From Saccostrea cucullata (taxonomy: Eukaryota), in the NCBI RefSeq assembly GCF_032062105.1, contig NW_026919274.1, positions 930,001 to 994,000 on the forward strand: 64,000 nt of DNA, written 5' to 3'. The notes below the pieces were generated by a model. It searched no databases, was not told the DNA's origin, and saw only the letters and a list, made by a program, of their open reading frames with translations. Shown piece after piece: positions 24,663 through 50,900 of the stretch. The first letter of the stretch is position 1; each line of letters opens with the position of its first letter. Made by a program: the position numbers and the translations under genes.

Positions 24663-25081
24663 TTTTTATGCCCCCTTTCGAAGAAGGGAGGGCATATTGC
24701 TTTGCTGCTATCTGTCGGTCCACTTAGTTTCCATTCATTTTCTTCACAATCGTTGCACATACTGAAATAAAATTTAGTATACAGATTTATCAGGTGAATA
24801 TCTAGGTCAAGTTCTGTTTCGGGTACGATCGCGCCATTTTTGACAGAGTTATGCCCCTTGGACTTGGAAAAAAATCCAATTGTTTGCAGTTTCCATTCAT
24901 TTTCTTTGCAGAGGTTGCACATACTGAAATGAAATTCAGTATACAGATTTATCAGATAAATATCTAGGTTAAATTCTGTTTTGGGTACGTTCGCGCCATT
25001 TTTGACAGTTATGCCCTTTTTGACTTAGAAAAATTTCAGTTTGGGGGAGGGGGGCATAAGTGTTTACAAACATCTCTTGTT
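24663..25081 (+). mobile_element. Complete short HINE (non-autonomous Helentron-type) with ~2 copies of a 162-bp core
   Basis: TTTTT start; subterminal IR TTATGCCCCC (24666-24675) / GGGGGCATAA (25050-25059); cores start at 24727 and 24889; 3' hairpin TGTTT-AC-AAACA then CTTGTT. Confidence 0.8.
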
Positions 25082-26799
25082 TTTGTTTGTTTTTTGTTCA
25101 TACCGGTAAGCACTGTTAAAATGGCTTTTTTAATACATGTACTTGTTTTTCTGTTAATGGTGTTTTTAAATGATTTTTGTATTATACTGGACAGTTTTAC
25201 AGCCAGTGTGTTTTATTTTATGTAAAAAAAAACTTTTTTTATTATTTGCACTTCATTTTAATTTCATCAAATATTTTGATAAACAAATCACAAATTAAAC
25301 TTTCCACCATCATTTTATATGGCTTTGAAAAATTTGTTACTGTGTGTTTTAAAGTTAATTATAAATATAATAACTCCATATAAATACACTGTGCAGTGTT
25401 TTTTTTTTTTAACAAATATTATTTAAGGTCATATTATTTTATTTTGATTTTTACAGCAAAACAAAATCATTTGATATTAAATACCAGTATTGATTTTAAT
25501 CTTTTGACATTTGCCATGATGGTCTTCAGACTGCAGTCTGATAGTATTTGTAAAATTCAAATGAAGAAATGTGTGTATTTTTAATGTGATTTTATGTTAG
25601 ATGGTTTCTTTTTATGTGTTTATATGTCAGGTGGTTGGATATTTAATAGTCAGCATTATTTACAGTGCTATATAAGGAATAGTTTATTTGTATATTATTT
25701 TATATTTCATAGTCAAAGTGATAGTTTTATTTCAAACATTGTTTTTACGTAAAGCACCTCAATAATAAGTATTGATTCAGTCATAAATATACATGTACTG
25801 GATTGCCAAACCCAACTGTATTTTTAGAACCTGACAGGGATATGGAGATGGCCTACTAATCACTATATTTTCTTTCAGTTTACCTGTTATAATTCATACT
25901 GTGAAAGTCTTACATTTGATTTTGTGTTTTCTGTTTAGCCCATTTGGAAAGCAACTTTTTGTTAAAGTCTTGTACATATACACAATAAATAAGAATGTTA
26001 GGAAATAAGCTAAATCAAATCTAAACTTACTTGTTCAGAAATAAATTTCGGTCAGATATGGTACAATTTACATAATACATTTACACTGCTTGTTATCACT
26101 ACAAAGCTTGCTTCTCAAAATTCAAATTTTTCTTTTTTTCCCATGATCAATTTACAAGCACAAACATCGATTTCCTGTATACATAGGTCTTTGCAAGACC
26201 TGACTTGACAGATTTTGTTTTTATGTAGTAGTTTTTCATATTTATCAGTATTTTACTTATGGCATTATTGTTTAAGAGTTAAAAACAAAACATTCTTTAG
26301 AAATCAATAGTTGTTTATTGAAAGTTGTTTCAATTTTGAATATAGCATGAATCTGTTATCAAAGTAAGTTAAATGTTGTTCTAATAGTGCTTTATTTGAA
26401 GAAAATATTGAACCTTACCAGTTCAATTCAATCTTGGATTTGACCTCCGGGACAATTTAATGAAAAAAAAGTTTTGCAGTCTAAAAAAAGTCATAATTTG
26501 TTTCAAGCTTTGGAATATATGAAACCATAACTGTTGAAGCAGTAATAAATTGTGTTCTGCAGTTCTATGTTACATTTGTGTTTGAAACTATAATTAATTT
26601 GTACAAGGATAAAGAAAATGGGATTTAATGACAAACAAAATGCATAAAGTGCCCCACATCATAATGCAGGTCAATACTTGTATGCAGAGCAAAACATTTT
26701 GATCTGACTCTGCAGACATCTCATCTACAGATAAGTCTGAGGATGGCATGGCAAGATAAGGCTATTTGTAATCTAATAATGGAGGGGTGTTTTGACATC

Positions 26800-28156
26800 A
26801 ACAACCAGAAGTCTCTGTCGAGACTGAAGCTCTACTGGTTTGTACTTATAACAAAGGAAGAGAAAAGTAGCATTTGGGACTTAAAACTTTACGACAGCAA
26901 TAAATAGAATAATGATGCTTGATTGAGCTCTTTTTGTGGCAAGATACTGCAATAAGACAACAGCAGTAGGAGTAGCTATTAATAAACTTTTAAAGTATTT
27001 TCAATTTTAGTAACCATGGCAACATCATTCCTTGATATCAAAAATCATTACACAGAATTGTGTAACTTAGTGTAGTCTACTCGTGTGCCATGCTGTATTG
27101 AAATCAGACCAAAACTGTAGGAGGTGTAGCATTTTGAATGCATTTCAGAAAAATTTCTATTTTTAGTAACCACGGCAAAAAAATCAAAAATCGATAAACA
27201 GAATTATGTATCTAAGTGTAGTCTACTTGTGTGCTTAGTTATATTAAAATCAGACCAAAACTGTAGGAGGAGTAGCATTTTGAAAGTATTTCACAGAAAT
27301 TTCTATTTTTAGTAACCACGGCAACACCATTCATCGAAATCAAAAATCGATATATAGAATTATGTATCTTGGTGTAGTCTACTTGTGTGCCAAGTTATAT
27401 TAACATCAGACCAAATCTGTAGGAGGAGTAGCATTTTGAAAGTATTTCACAGAAATTTCTATTTTCAGTAACCATGGCAACACCGTTTATCGAAATCAAA
27501 AATCGATACACAGAGTTATGTATCTTAGTGTAGTCTACTTGTGTGCCAAGTTATATTGAAATCGGACCAAAACTGTAGGAGGAGTAGCATTTTGAAAGTA
27601 TTTCAGAGAAATTTCTATTTTTAGTAACCACGGCAACACCGTTCATCGAAATCAAAAATTGATATACAGAATTATGTATCTTAGTGTAGTCTACTTGTGT
27701 GCCAAGTTACATTGAAATCAGACCAAAACTGTAGGAGGAGTAGCATTTTGAAAGTATTTCAGAGAAATTTCTATTTTTAGTAACCATTGCAACACTGTTC
27801 ATCGAAATCAAAAATCGATACACAGAATTATGTATCTTAGTGTAGTCTACTTGTGTGCCAAGTTACATTGAAATCAGACCAAAACTGTAGGAGGAGTAGC
27901 ATTTTGAAAGTATTTCAGAGAAATTTCTATTTTTAGTAACCACGGCAACACCGTTCATCGAAATCAAAAATCGATATACAGAATTATGTATCTTAGTGTA
28001 GTCTACTTGTGTGCCAAGTTATATTGAAATCAGACCAAAACTGTAGGAGAAGTAGCATTTTGAAAAATTGTTTACAGACAGACAGACAGACGGACGGTCG
28101 CTGGACGCATTACTATCGCATAAGCTCTTCTGGTCTCTGACCAGTAGAGCTAAAAA
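26800..28156 (-). mobile_element. pearl/CvA-like HINE with ~7 tandem 156-bp cores and an (ACAG/ACGG)n microsatellite
   Basis: Unit starts at 27008, 27164, 27310, 27466, 27622, 27778, 27934 (156-bp period, one 10-bp deletion); microsatellite ~28074-28097; subterminal IR AGCTCTACTGGT (26828-26839 / 28140-28151); hairpin 28123-28151. A 156-nt core plus a tetranucleotide microsatellite is the described structure of oyster pearl/CvA elements. Confidence 0.88.
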
Positions 28157-28171
28157 TGATATTCTTCTAAT

Positions 28172-28263
28172 CTTTTTATGCCCTCAGATCAAAAGAGTCT
28201 ATGCCCCACACCAGAATTGTGTTTCCATTGGGGGCATAGTGTTTTATAAACACATCTTGTTTT
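28172..28263 (+). repeat. Minimal, internally deleted HINE
   Basis: TTTTTATGCCC...GGGGCATAGTGTTTTATAAACACATCTTGTT: both termini present with no core repeats. Confidence 0.6.
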
Positions 28264-30091
28264 CATATAAAATCAAATAGAATATCTGTTGAGGTTTTAA
28301 GAAAAGCACAAGGGTTATTCCTGGTGAATGAAAGTTCCTGACACAGGAAATGACTTTTTTATTGCTGTCTACTACCATTGAGATCCATATTTCACCTCGG
28401 TTATTACGAAGGACCTTGTACTGGTACATCTATCTTACAAAACTGAGAATACAACATCTACATGTAAGATATAAATACTGCTGGATATAGACAAAAGAAT
28501 GTACTAATAGAGTTTTATTTTAATAGTATATATCCATTACACAATCAACAATAACATAAACAGTCAGTTTTCCTATGTTTATATCTGCCATTATAACGGC
28601 TGCCACTATAGTGTTACGAAAATGAGATTACTTGCTACCATCCTTGCCACCTTTTTGATTTTTTTTCTAAGCTGAGGTTCAAGGACCACTGAATTTCAGT
28701 GGATGAATATGTAATAAATGTAAGAATTTTACAGCATATGATTGCTAATTATACACCTGGTATTACAGATGGGCATCACCAAAAATTGTGTATCAATAAC
28801 AATTTTCCCCCAAAATATCATGATAATATATCATGATATTTTTACAAGTTATTTGGTAAATGATTTTAAATGAATATTTTTTCTTTAAAATGTGCTGGAA
28901 AAACAAATTTCACTTCCTTTATATTTTCATTTTCCTGTAATTGCAATTCCAAAGATTGAACAAATAAATGTATTATTTCTGGACTTCATAATTCTGTAAC
29001 TAAATACAGGTTTTCCAGTCTAAGTATCACAATACATATCATACAATCAAAAATCGCAATATACATGTAACTATAAAATAGGTCATCCCTATTATACATG
29101 TACTGTATATTGAAAGTATTTTAATAAAATTTGAAAACCCTGTCTAGAAAACAATGTTATAAATACTTTGCATGTTACTTTTCAAAAAAAGGGTTTACCT
29201 AGAAGAACACAGCTACCTGAGTTTAATCCTTTAGTAAGCTGACTTAGCTAAGGCATAACAGGCACAATGAAGCTGAAAACGAAAAAATCTACTCTGACTC
29301 AGCATTTTTCTTGCTCTACTAACATTCCCACAAGTTTCAATATTGACTTAATGAAGAACCCTTGCCTTGAGAAATCACACATCTATCACAAAAAATAAGG
29401 CAAATCGATTTAATGTCACAGACCAATACACTTAGCAAAACATGCTGACTGAGCAGAATATTGAATAGAGAAACATTTCAATAAAAGAAGCTAGGCAACT
29501 AAAAGGAACAAAAAAAGGTAATAGTACTATTTTACATCATGTGAAGAAAAATGCTTGATAATGTACATTTTTGAAACTGCTTTCATGTAAATTTACTTAC
29601 GTAAAATCTGGAAAAAGCAACACATACTAACCCTACTAGCATTTATATAAAGTACCCGTTTTAAAGTAATAACCATATTGAAAAAAGAATCTATTAAGAC
29701 TAATCACGTAAGAAAAGTGTCAAATTCCTCTGAAAGTCAAGAATACAATCTTTGGATGTTTGATATACAGCGTATGGGGTCATGATTTGCACAGTTTTGA
29801 TATAATGTGCTCCTTATACCCGTGTTAATTCTAAAATAAATGCTACCTTAAATATAATAAGCAATGATTACAGAAAGACAATCGTCAATGCACATTTTAA
29901 GTTACAAAATAATATAAATTTAATTAATATGTTATATCACAAGAGATAAAGGAAGCTCTATATAACATTAAATTTCCCCACTACCAATTACTTGTATATA
30001 TGCCAATATGGAATAAGGAACATCTATAAAGAAAGTGATAAAAAAATCTTGTACATTGTACAATTACTGGTAGATAACTATGAATATATAA

Positions 30092-41482
<11,391 letters not shown>

Positions 41483-41857
41483 AATGACTTTTAACATCTT
41501 ATTAACATTTTCACGATTTTTTCATTGTGATATATTGTAAATATTTCAATATATTTACAACTTTTACAAGAAGGACAAAGTTTGTCAAACATTCGCCATG
41601 TTTAGCTTGGATACTGACTGAAGTTACCTTCTTTTTGGAAGAGTTCCGAATCGTTGAAAAGGGGTCAAATCAAAACGTGTTATTATTATTTTTTTTAAAT
41701 CTTTGAAATTTCTACTATTTTTGAAAGTTTTCCTTTTAAATGTATATTTTATATTATATTCTTTTGATTTTTTTAATATATCCTAGGGGATATTTGTCCC
41801 ACTAGGGCAGCAGTTTTGCTTACTGTTATTTTAAGGCCAATAAGTGTGTAATTTTAA

Positions 41858-42227
41858 GGAAGCTCTAAACACTGCACACAAAAGAGTTCTACTTGTAAGG
41901 TAATTTTATGCTGTTAGAGTGATCTGTCCTTAATGGTTATGCGGTTAATTACACATTCTGTAATAGACCAAAATCTGCTTAGCATTATATATTAAACCAA
42001 GAATAAGAAATTTGAATTCAACATTTCCATTAATTTTCCCAATATATGTAAATAATGGTGTTTCTGTTCATACAAAGTCAATTGTATTTCAACATTTTAC
42101 CTCCAGAATATTAAGACAGGTACCCTATGTTAAAAAAAATAATTGAATAGTCTCAATATGCACACCTTTATATGATAAATTATTCTCGAAGTCCAAAAAG
42201 CAATTTTTGTTAGTGTTTAGAGCTTCC
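41858..42227. mobile_element. 370-bp MITE, Kolobok-type ends
   Basis: Perfect 16-bp TIR GGAAGCTCTAAACACT; TTAA on the left (41854-41857), right flank degenerate (TATT). Confidence 0.75.
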
Positions 42228-42729
42228 TATTCTATATATTTCATTTTATCCGCAAGCTTAGTTTCGTAGAAAATGACATTTTTGAACATTTTGTCCCGAA
42301 TGCTTACACTTTTTCCAATCAAAATTGGGATAGAAAAAATGGATCATATATAAAGTATATTTGAGATTAGTCTAGGCCTTTCATTCATCGAGATTAATGA
42401 TATCCTTGTTTCATTGACTTATTTGTTAAAACTAGTAAATTGTATCCCTTTAAAATATGTTTAATATTCATTATGCTTTTAAGTTGAGGGAAAGCTTCCT
42501 CTTATATGGTAATTCTTCGTGAGGTCAGTATATATGTTACATTGTATTTTATATAATTATGTAATCTATAAAACCGCCATACAATACCAATGTGTAAACA
42601 TTTTGTATCATATGTTATTGAAATGCGACAAGATGTATGTCTTAAGCAATACATTAATAATAATAATGTTGTATGTCGAGCATGCTCTAGCGTATTAATA
42701 CTGTTACATTGTATTTTTATATAATGTAA

Positions 42730-42860
42730 TATGTCGTCGACATATCTACATGTAAAATCGAAGGCCACAACAAGTTTTTTTTCTTCTCATGTGTAAGATT
42801 TTTGAATAAACTGTTTCTTCATATGAACACAAAAATAAATTCCTGCTTTTAATGGGGCAC
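42730..42860 (-). pseudogene. Frameshifted reverse-transcriptase remnant, Penelope-like retroelement
   Basis: Across frameshifts the minus strand reads APL.A / LFLCSYEE / QFIQK / HEKKK / LVVAFDFTCRYVDDI, matching the RT motif-B to YxDD region typical of Penelope-like elements. Confidence 0.7.
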
Positions 42861-42937
42861 TATCATTACGGTCCTATCATTACCCATGAGAAATCCAACA
42901 GACTGCCGGAAGACTTTTAATCTCCAAAAACTAAACA

Positions 42938-43287
42938 CAGGCACGTAGCATCGTTTTTCTAAAGTGGGGGGGGGGGGGCAACCAGAGAAAATTTTTTTTT
43001 ACTTAACCCTGAAAAAGTTGATAAACAAAAAAAACAAAAAACAAAAACAAAAAAAAAACGGAAAATTTTTTTTTTTCAAACTCATGTGTAAACTTTTTCA
43101 AAGCCAAGTTACTTTCACTTCCAATTCTTTTCCTACATTGTCCTACAATTCCTTGATATCACTGTACTATGGTTAAAAAGTGGGGGGGACCATCCTTTCA
43201 ATGAACATTTTCTATAGTAAAGGTAAGGTTGGGGAAAAAAGTAGGGAGGCAATGCCCCCCTGCCCCCCCCCCCTTGCTTCGTCCCTG
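42938..43287. mobile_element. hAT-like MITE with subterminal poly-G/poly-C
   Basis: TIR CAGGCACGTAGCA vs CAGGGACGAAGCA (11/13); TSD not recognisable. Confidence 0.6.
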
Positions 43288-43631
43288 AAACATATGCATT
43301 TAAATCTAAAACTCAAACATTTTAAATATCAGATCCGGAGTATATACATGTGTGTACAAGCAGAATGTTTTTTGACAAAATAATTTTGCAAATGACTTAG
43401 TTTATAAGTAACGTGAGGTAAGTAACAATTAAAGTGTGCAATACTCCTAAGTTTCTCATTCACTGCGGTTAATATTTAATCATGGAGTAAAATAGGGCTT
43501 AAATGTTTAAAAAAAATAAATATGAGCATTTATAATTGTTATTTTTATGCCCCCGTAATCGAAGATTTGGGGGTATAAAGTTTTTGCCCTGTCCGTTCGT
43601 CTATCTGTCTCTTTGTCAACACAAACTTTAA

Positions 43632-43845
43632 GGAGGCTGGGAGGTCGAAATTAACCATCAGATGTAACATGTAACTTCATAATTTTGGATACGATATCTT
43701 AAGCTGTCAACTTTCATTTGGCAACGAAAGAAAAATTTCATACAATTTAGTTTTAAAATTTGGTCATTTTTGTTTCTCTTCATATGGTGTTCTTCTTCTA
43801 AAGGAGTTCAATATAGTCTAAAAATGGCCACAACCCCTACCCCTC
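43632..43845. mobile_element. Kolobok-type MITE (same family as 31531-31747) nested in a HINE remnant (~43542-44050)
   Basis: TTAA at 43628-43631 and 43846-43849; the body is the reverse complement of 31531-31747; removing it restores the HINE core 'aaactTTAAccttgctcacaacttttga' (compare 122-150). Confidence 0.8.
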
Positions 43846-44999
43846 TTAACCTTGCTCACAACTTTTGAGTAGGTAGGGTATGTTTTTTTTATTTTACAGA
43901 TGCACCTTTCTTTGGATACCACAAAATTTTACTTCTTGACCTTGGAGTTTGACCCACTTTTACAAAAAAATCATCACACTTTATCCTTGGTCATAACAGT
44001 TCTATGGCTTTCATACTTCACAAGTGTATTCATTGTGACAAGCCCTTTCGATTATGGGGTATAACAATTATACAGTACTTTAACCTTTTTACCTCTCCTC
44101 TCCGTTTTTGATGTACAATGTAACAGTTTTTATGCCGTATATATGTACTTTTTTAAAGCAATATATATTTGGAATATAAGTAACGATTTTCAAAGATAAG
44201 AAAGTAAAACTTTTTTGTTCATATCAACGTTTTTAAAATGTTTTATCTCTAAATTTGTTTAGTGGAGAAAAAATGAAAGAAAAGGAATGCAAAAGAAATT
44301 TCGTAGGATTAGCAGAACGTTCTGGGTTTTATTTGACATCTATTCCAGTCAAAGTTAAGATCAACATATAAAAAAAATTGCTCAATTCAAAGGCCTTGCA
44401 TTGTAGTAGGTTGCATTTTTACCCTCACAGGAATTCTAATATAAATTGCGTTTTCGGAGAAATCGAAAGTTGCATATTGATTGAATTTTTTTTTCCCAAT
44501 AATTATCACAAAAATAAAAAAAAGGTGCTTTTAGATCAAGGATATATAGTAATACATATAATAGTAATTGTGCAGTTTAGGTGAGCGTTATGGCCCTTTG
44601 GACTTGCGTGGTGTCGGAAATGAATCTTGAGAAAGTCCCTTTATCTGTGAAGCATAATGAAAGTAGCAAGGTAACGTTATGTTTTTCAATAAGATAATTT
44701 CTTCAATTTTTATTTTGGTGTTATTAGTTAATTATTTATAATCGTGTGTGCAATATTTTAAAGTTCAGTTTCTATATTGTATTTATTTTAACATTAAATG
44801 AATGATAAATTTATAACTACCCTTACTTATCTCCCCATGTTCGAACTCTTCTGTGTATTGCAGTGACTTTGTTCAACCATCGCCATATTGCTTTGATGTA
44901 TTGTTTTGAAGCAATCAAGTGAGATAAATTGACGATATACCCACAAAATAACTTTAGACAACCAAACTGGACAGGCTACCAGAGTATCTTCGTGATACT

Positions 45000-47900
45000 A
45001 TGGATTGGTTTATGGGGTAAGTAGAGTCTTTCAATGATAAATTTTGTGTATGCTTTGGGTAAATATATTGTTTGATCGTCTGCATGTGTAAATCAGAAAT
45101 CGATGAAGCATCCGAGCATTTTTTTATTCTTAAAAAAGACCCTTTTCTCAGTGGATATCAAAATTGTTGATCATGCAATTTTAATATTCGAAATAATACT
45201 TTCGACCCCACAGTGTTATGCTCAAAACTTTTGATTACAATCATTGCCCTAGCATAATTAGTTTGTTGTATATTCGCCAAAACCTGAAAAGGTCATGGAC
45301 ATCAACAAATGAATTTTTTTTAAAGTTATAAGTTATTTGAACATTATAATGTTATTTATATCTGCTTTTGTATATAACTATATACCAGATAAATAGTATT
45401 TCTTTTTCAATATTTTTTTTTTAAAGGGTTATATGCCACAGTTTGCTACCTTATTTTAAAACAAGTACATGTATCTGTGGCCACGCACTTATAAACATCA
45501 ATTCCTCTAAATAAATTAAACCGAGATATTGATTAAATTGCAGGTCTTATCATAACATCTCTTGTGCTATTTAAGGTTATGATTCTGTGGTTTAAAAAAA
45601 AAGTCATCCCTAAATTTAAACTGAACTTGTCAAATGAATTTGTTTACAGTATATTTTGGTTAATATCCCATGACATCCATAATAAATACATGATATCTAC
45701 ATCCTCAAGAAGCTTTATTGTGAAATTTAAGCATGTTTAATTTGTAAATGATTGAGGTACAAAAATTAATATATTACTTCTTGAAATAAAGAGGTTATAA
45801 AAATGCCGATATAAGGACTTTAGTAGATATTTATAACATGTAAGAGGAATATGAATAACAAAAAATACGGATATTGCTGTTGTATTTCTTCCTTATGTGC
45901 AGTGATCATTAGTCCACATGATTAAACTAAATTTTAAATATCATTAGCATATTTGCAGTGTATGTTTTCATGCGTAAACAATAGAATCATTCAATGTTGA
46001 CAATCATCCCAAATTGTTAAAAATGACCTGTGTGGCAGAGAAAATCCTGCTGTGTTTAACTTGACCCCTTTCAAAACATGTGGTTTAATCTATCATTATC
46101 TAGGTATGAATATTTTAACTCTACGCAAACCTACAATTATGAAGGCCATGTGGTTACCTAAGCCTATCTTTGAGATATGCAGCCTTTTACTTAGATGATA
46201 CACACTGGGTTGTGAATTGTATATATTCTTTGTAAACATAGGCATCTCACTTCATCATGTTGGAATAAGTTTCACAATGTTTATTGTATCTATTTTATCT
46301 GAGCAATAGGTGAGAGTTTAGAAGTGTTTTGTAACAAGTTTTTATGATGCTGTTCAGGGAAGGTTTATATAAATATTATCAGCACAGGGCTCTCTTTTTA
46401 CTTACTCAAAACTCTTATGGAGGCACTTTATGTAAATATTTGATAGGTGCATTAAATGTATCTCCTGGTGTATGAAATTACAGATAGATTGCATTTTTGA
46501 TATATATGCATAAATTAAGTTTCTTCCAGATATTAGAAGTAATGCTTTTAGTATTAAAAAAAAAGAAACATGAGTAGCATCTGCTAAATACAATGAAAAA
46601 CAAGTTGTGTCTACATGTTCTACCTGGAGTACATATATTACAAATAAAAAAAAATGTTACAGAGAGTTCTTTACAATTTGTGTACAATCAGCATTGATCA
46701 GAGGAAAAACTTGTATTAAAGAATAAAGGAAATTATAACAAATTGTGAAAGTGAATTGGTGATATTATCCTTAACAGTCCTTAATAGAACATATAAATTT
46801 GAAGGACATATTGTGGTTAGTGTCAAATTGATTTAATTCAAAGTATTTTTGTTATGTGTTCTTGTATATGTTATATGTATCCTGATTATTCTCCTTTTGA
46901 ACAAGACTTTAATGAAACACTTGTTATTATTGATTAGAAAACATTGGAACCAAATATGAATTGGCAATATGTTATAATATATATATAATAATAATACCAT
47001 TCATATTTTGAGACATGCAACTCAACACAACTACTATACTACATTTAGCTAGTATATATACTGGTATGTAGGGCTTATCAGTTTTCTTACAAGAAATGAA
47101 GGCTGTCTATTCTAGTTGAGGTAGATTATATCAATTTATCAGCCAAATAACAATTGTTCAAACTGGCCAAGGTCCAGAATAGGTTAAAATAGTGTGTGTT
47201 TGAAGGTAGGCTTGTTTGTGGTCAAACACAACAGAATTCAATTGATGGAGTTTTTGTTATTGATCCTAACCTTGCCGCCCTTTGTGTAAATATCTGCTCT
47301 TTAAATTAGATTTGTTGCGGCAATTTCACTCTCGTTTTTATGAAAGGTTCATAAACCATAAATATTGAAGTGATATGAGACATAAGGTATTTAGGATATT
47401 AATTTCAATGATATATTTGTAAGGAATTCCCGCATTTGGTTTTGTTGATCAGACCTTCATTTGTTCTATCAACTTCCTAACCGATGTATTGAATCAAATA
47501 TTCAATTCAATCTCCAGTCAAATATTGAATTCAATCTCAGTATAATCCTTATTAATTCTTTGTAATAATTGAGATACTGTAACTGAATGGTGTTTTATAG
47601 AACATATTCTTGGTTTTGTGCAAGTTCTGTACAAGCATTAGTTGCTGGAGAATAGGAGGCTAGCTTGTTTTAATGTACATGTACATATGTATACATACAT
47701 GTATTGAATTCATTATACATAGGCATGTTTAAGGAAATTGTCAGAAACAATTGAAACTGCTTTTTCATGTTAGTATTTTGTTTTACCCAGTAAAATAATT
47801 GGTCACTCTGTGATTATCTATGAAAAAAGGATACCCCCACCTCCAATATGATTATAAAGGCAAAGTCAATGTTTTGCTCTGGGAGACCTGAAATAATCAA

Positions 47901-50900
47901 AAAAGTAAAGTAGGAGGTCACTATATATTGAAAATTAAGAATATAACCTCAATATTTACATCTTGATTCAATATAATATTCTCAATGTCAAAAAACATTT
48001 TACACTGGTGTAGGGTCTGTAAATTTCATTCAGTGGTATGAGAGGAGTTGGGCCAAAATAAAATTATTGTTTGTTTGGAATTGCCTCCCGCCTCATTGAA
48101 ATGCCCCCTCCTGAAAAAATTTTATTGACCAAAAGTAGGAAGATTTTTTTTAATTTATTTTTTTTGCCCGTTATCACATGCACATTACAAAACACTGAAA
48201 TGTAGTGTCAGATCTATGCAAAATTATGTTTCTTTGTTGATGGTAGATACTTTTTAAAAATGAATTTACTATTTACTGAGATTTTTATCAAAAATTTAAA
48301 ATTTATCTTCGATTTTGAAAAAAAAAAAATAATTTCCCTCCCTCCCTCCCGTGTCAGAAACTCTTCAGGCGGCAAATCCAAACAAACAATTTTTTAAGGG
48401 TGGCCTTGTGGATAAGAGATGGGTACCCCAAAAGTGTAACAGACAGACACATAGACAGAACTTTTCAAGTGGGAGGTATTAAAATATGAGTTTGTTGCAA
48501 GCATGTCTCCAACCTCAATCTTGGTTGCAATTGACCATTTGCACTATGCATATATTACATGGACATGTGCCTGTCAGATTTATAATCATAAGGAAATATT
48601 TTGAAAATGTTTAAAATTGCTTTTTTCATTTTTATAATTTATCCAGAGTTTTTACTGGGAAAATCCATTGTAACTATATTCAGTGTTGGTTAGGAAAAGT
48701 TGACAGCAATATCAAAAAATCAGGTCATTTTATATGCCACTGTGGTTGATCTTTGAGTGGAAATTTTAATAAGGAAGTAGGGATACAAACCTAAATTTAT
48801 TCTTGCTCACAAGCAAATAGGAGTTGAAAAAATTCACATAAATTATCAATGTGTAAAACACAAATAAATATTCATTGAATTTGTGCATGTTTTAGTTAAG
48901 ATATGGTAACATGTGTAGATAAATCAATTTGCTTTATTTAAACATAGTTTAATTTTCATTTATAAGTGATAGCAAGAATAATTGATTGTGAAGTGTATTA
49001 AGGTGAAAACATGGTTAAGTAAAAGGTAATGTTAATCAAGAGAAAGGATGGTTATAAAACTATTGATCAGGGCAACAGGCTAGCACTGTAGCACTATAGT
49101 CTCATACTGTCACCTGAGTATTGATTTAGGCTTACTACATGATCAGCTGATTCAGAGGGAGATTATCAAACAGCCACTGAAATACTTAGCTGCTGTGCAA
49201 ACACTACTTCCATGTGATTAGGGAAATAAACCATGTGATAATGAAATGTACATCAGTTTATGTACTTTTCACATATATTCTGTAGGTATGGTAATAACTA
49301 CCTCATGTTCAGATCAAACCATGACCCTGTTATTTGTGAACATCTTGTGTGTTCTCTCTGCTCTGGTCAATTTGAAATCTTCAAAGAGTTCCATATTAAA
49401 TAAATTTTAGCTTTGCAAGAGTAGAATAATGATATTTAAAAGATATTGGGTGACATACACTTTGGATGAAGCCCTGCAAAGCAGCCTCTTTGATGCAGTG
49501 TACTTTACATGTAGGAGGGATGTAGAAGATAGCTGAATTGGCAGGCGATCTCGCATCTGGTCTTCACTCCATAATTAATACATATTACACACAGAACCCC
49601 TAATTAGATCTGTCAATGATTTGCAAGTGTTCTTTTTTTAAAGCTGGGTTCAGTGTATTTATGCGTTGTACAGGAGTATCAAGATGAATGTTCTGCTGCA
49701 GTTTTCAAGGTTGCACTCTAGCTCAAGGTAACTGTGGTCTTGGTATGTTATTAAAAGAGTTAACTTAGGAGAAGTTAAACATGTTAAAAAGGATGTGGAG
49801 TTAAAGATTGGGATTCTTATCTTTATAGTAATCTGCTACTGCAGATGTTCTTATGAAACTTTAAGGATATGTATTTTAACAAATTATAAATTAAATGTGC
49901 TTGTATTTTACCACTAAAAAATCTTGTTTTTCTATGTGTTGTAAATACCCAAATTCAGAGACCTTTTTATACATGCATTGTTCTCAGCACGGCCTGCCTT
50001 GAAATTGTGGTACTCAGGATAAGAAAGTTTAAAAAGTTCATGTTATTTAATTGTAAATAAGACCGAAGAAAGATCCACAAGGAAACAGCTTGAAGTTTAT
50101 TTTGCTTTCACCTCTTGTTAGTTAGCAAATTGACGATATCTGGAGAAACAGGATTTTTTGCTCCATGTCTGTTTGTCTAATTGTTTTTATCTTATCAACC
50201 CTTGCTGAAAGCAGGATATGGCCACTTAACATGGTATGGTGCCTATAAGAAAAGTTTACCTTCATTTGAAGAAGGGATTTTCTTTTGAAAATGTTTAAAA
50301 TACAGGTAGAAAAGGAAAACTGTGTAAATCTTTTGTGTCAGGTAAACTGATATCACTAGATGCAGGGCCACTTAGCATCATGTGGTACATTGAAAATTTT
50401 ATATTCAAGTCAAGTTGAGAGATCCTTTTCAAATCATTAAAAATACAGGTAGAAGAGAACATATAGTGTGATTTTATGTGTCACATAAACTGATACCACT
50501 AGATGCAGAGTCATTCATGTTCTTCCAAGAATCCTGTTTTTTCATTCATGTGGAATGATATCATGATAAAAAAACGGGTAAATTGCTTTGATAAAAAAAT
50601 AAAGAACAACATTGCATTGGCAACTAGAGCATGACTTCTCAAATTTTGAAAAAAAATTTAAAAAAAAAAAAAAAATCAACAATTTTAACTGTAATATGAA
50701 CATTCCTGTACTGCATGAAAAATATAAGATTTATAAACTTTATATTCAAATTTTTAACTTATTTAAAATTCCATTTGCTAGTTTTACATTTATAAGAATA
50801 TACATGTTTTTAAAGTTTGATGGCAATCAGAAAAGTAATGCATATATTAACCCGTTTGATACATAAATGTATGCAATTTTGCTTGGGCACCATGTAGTTA

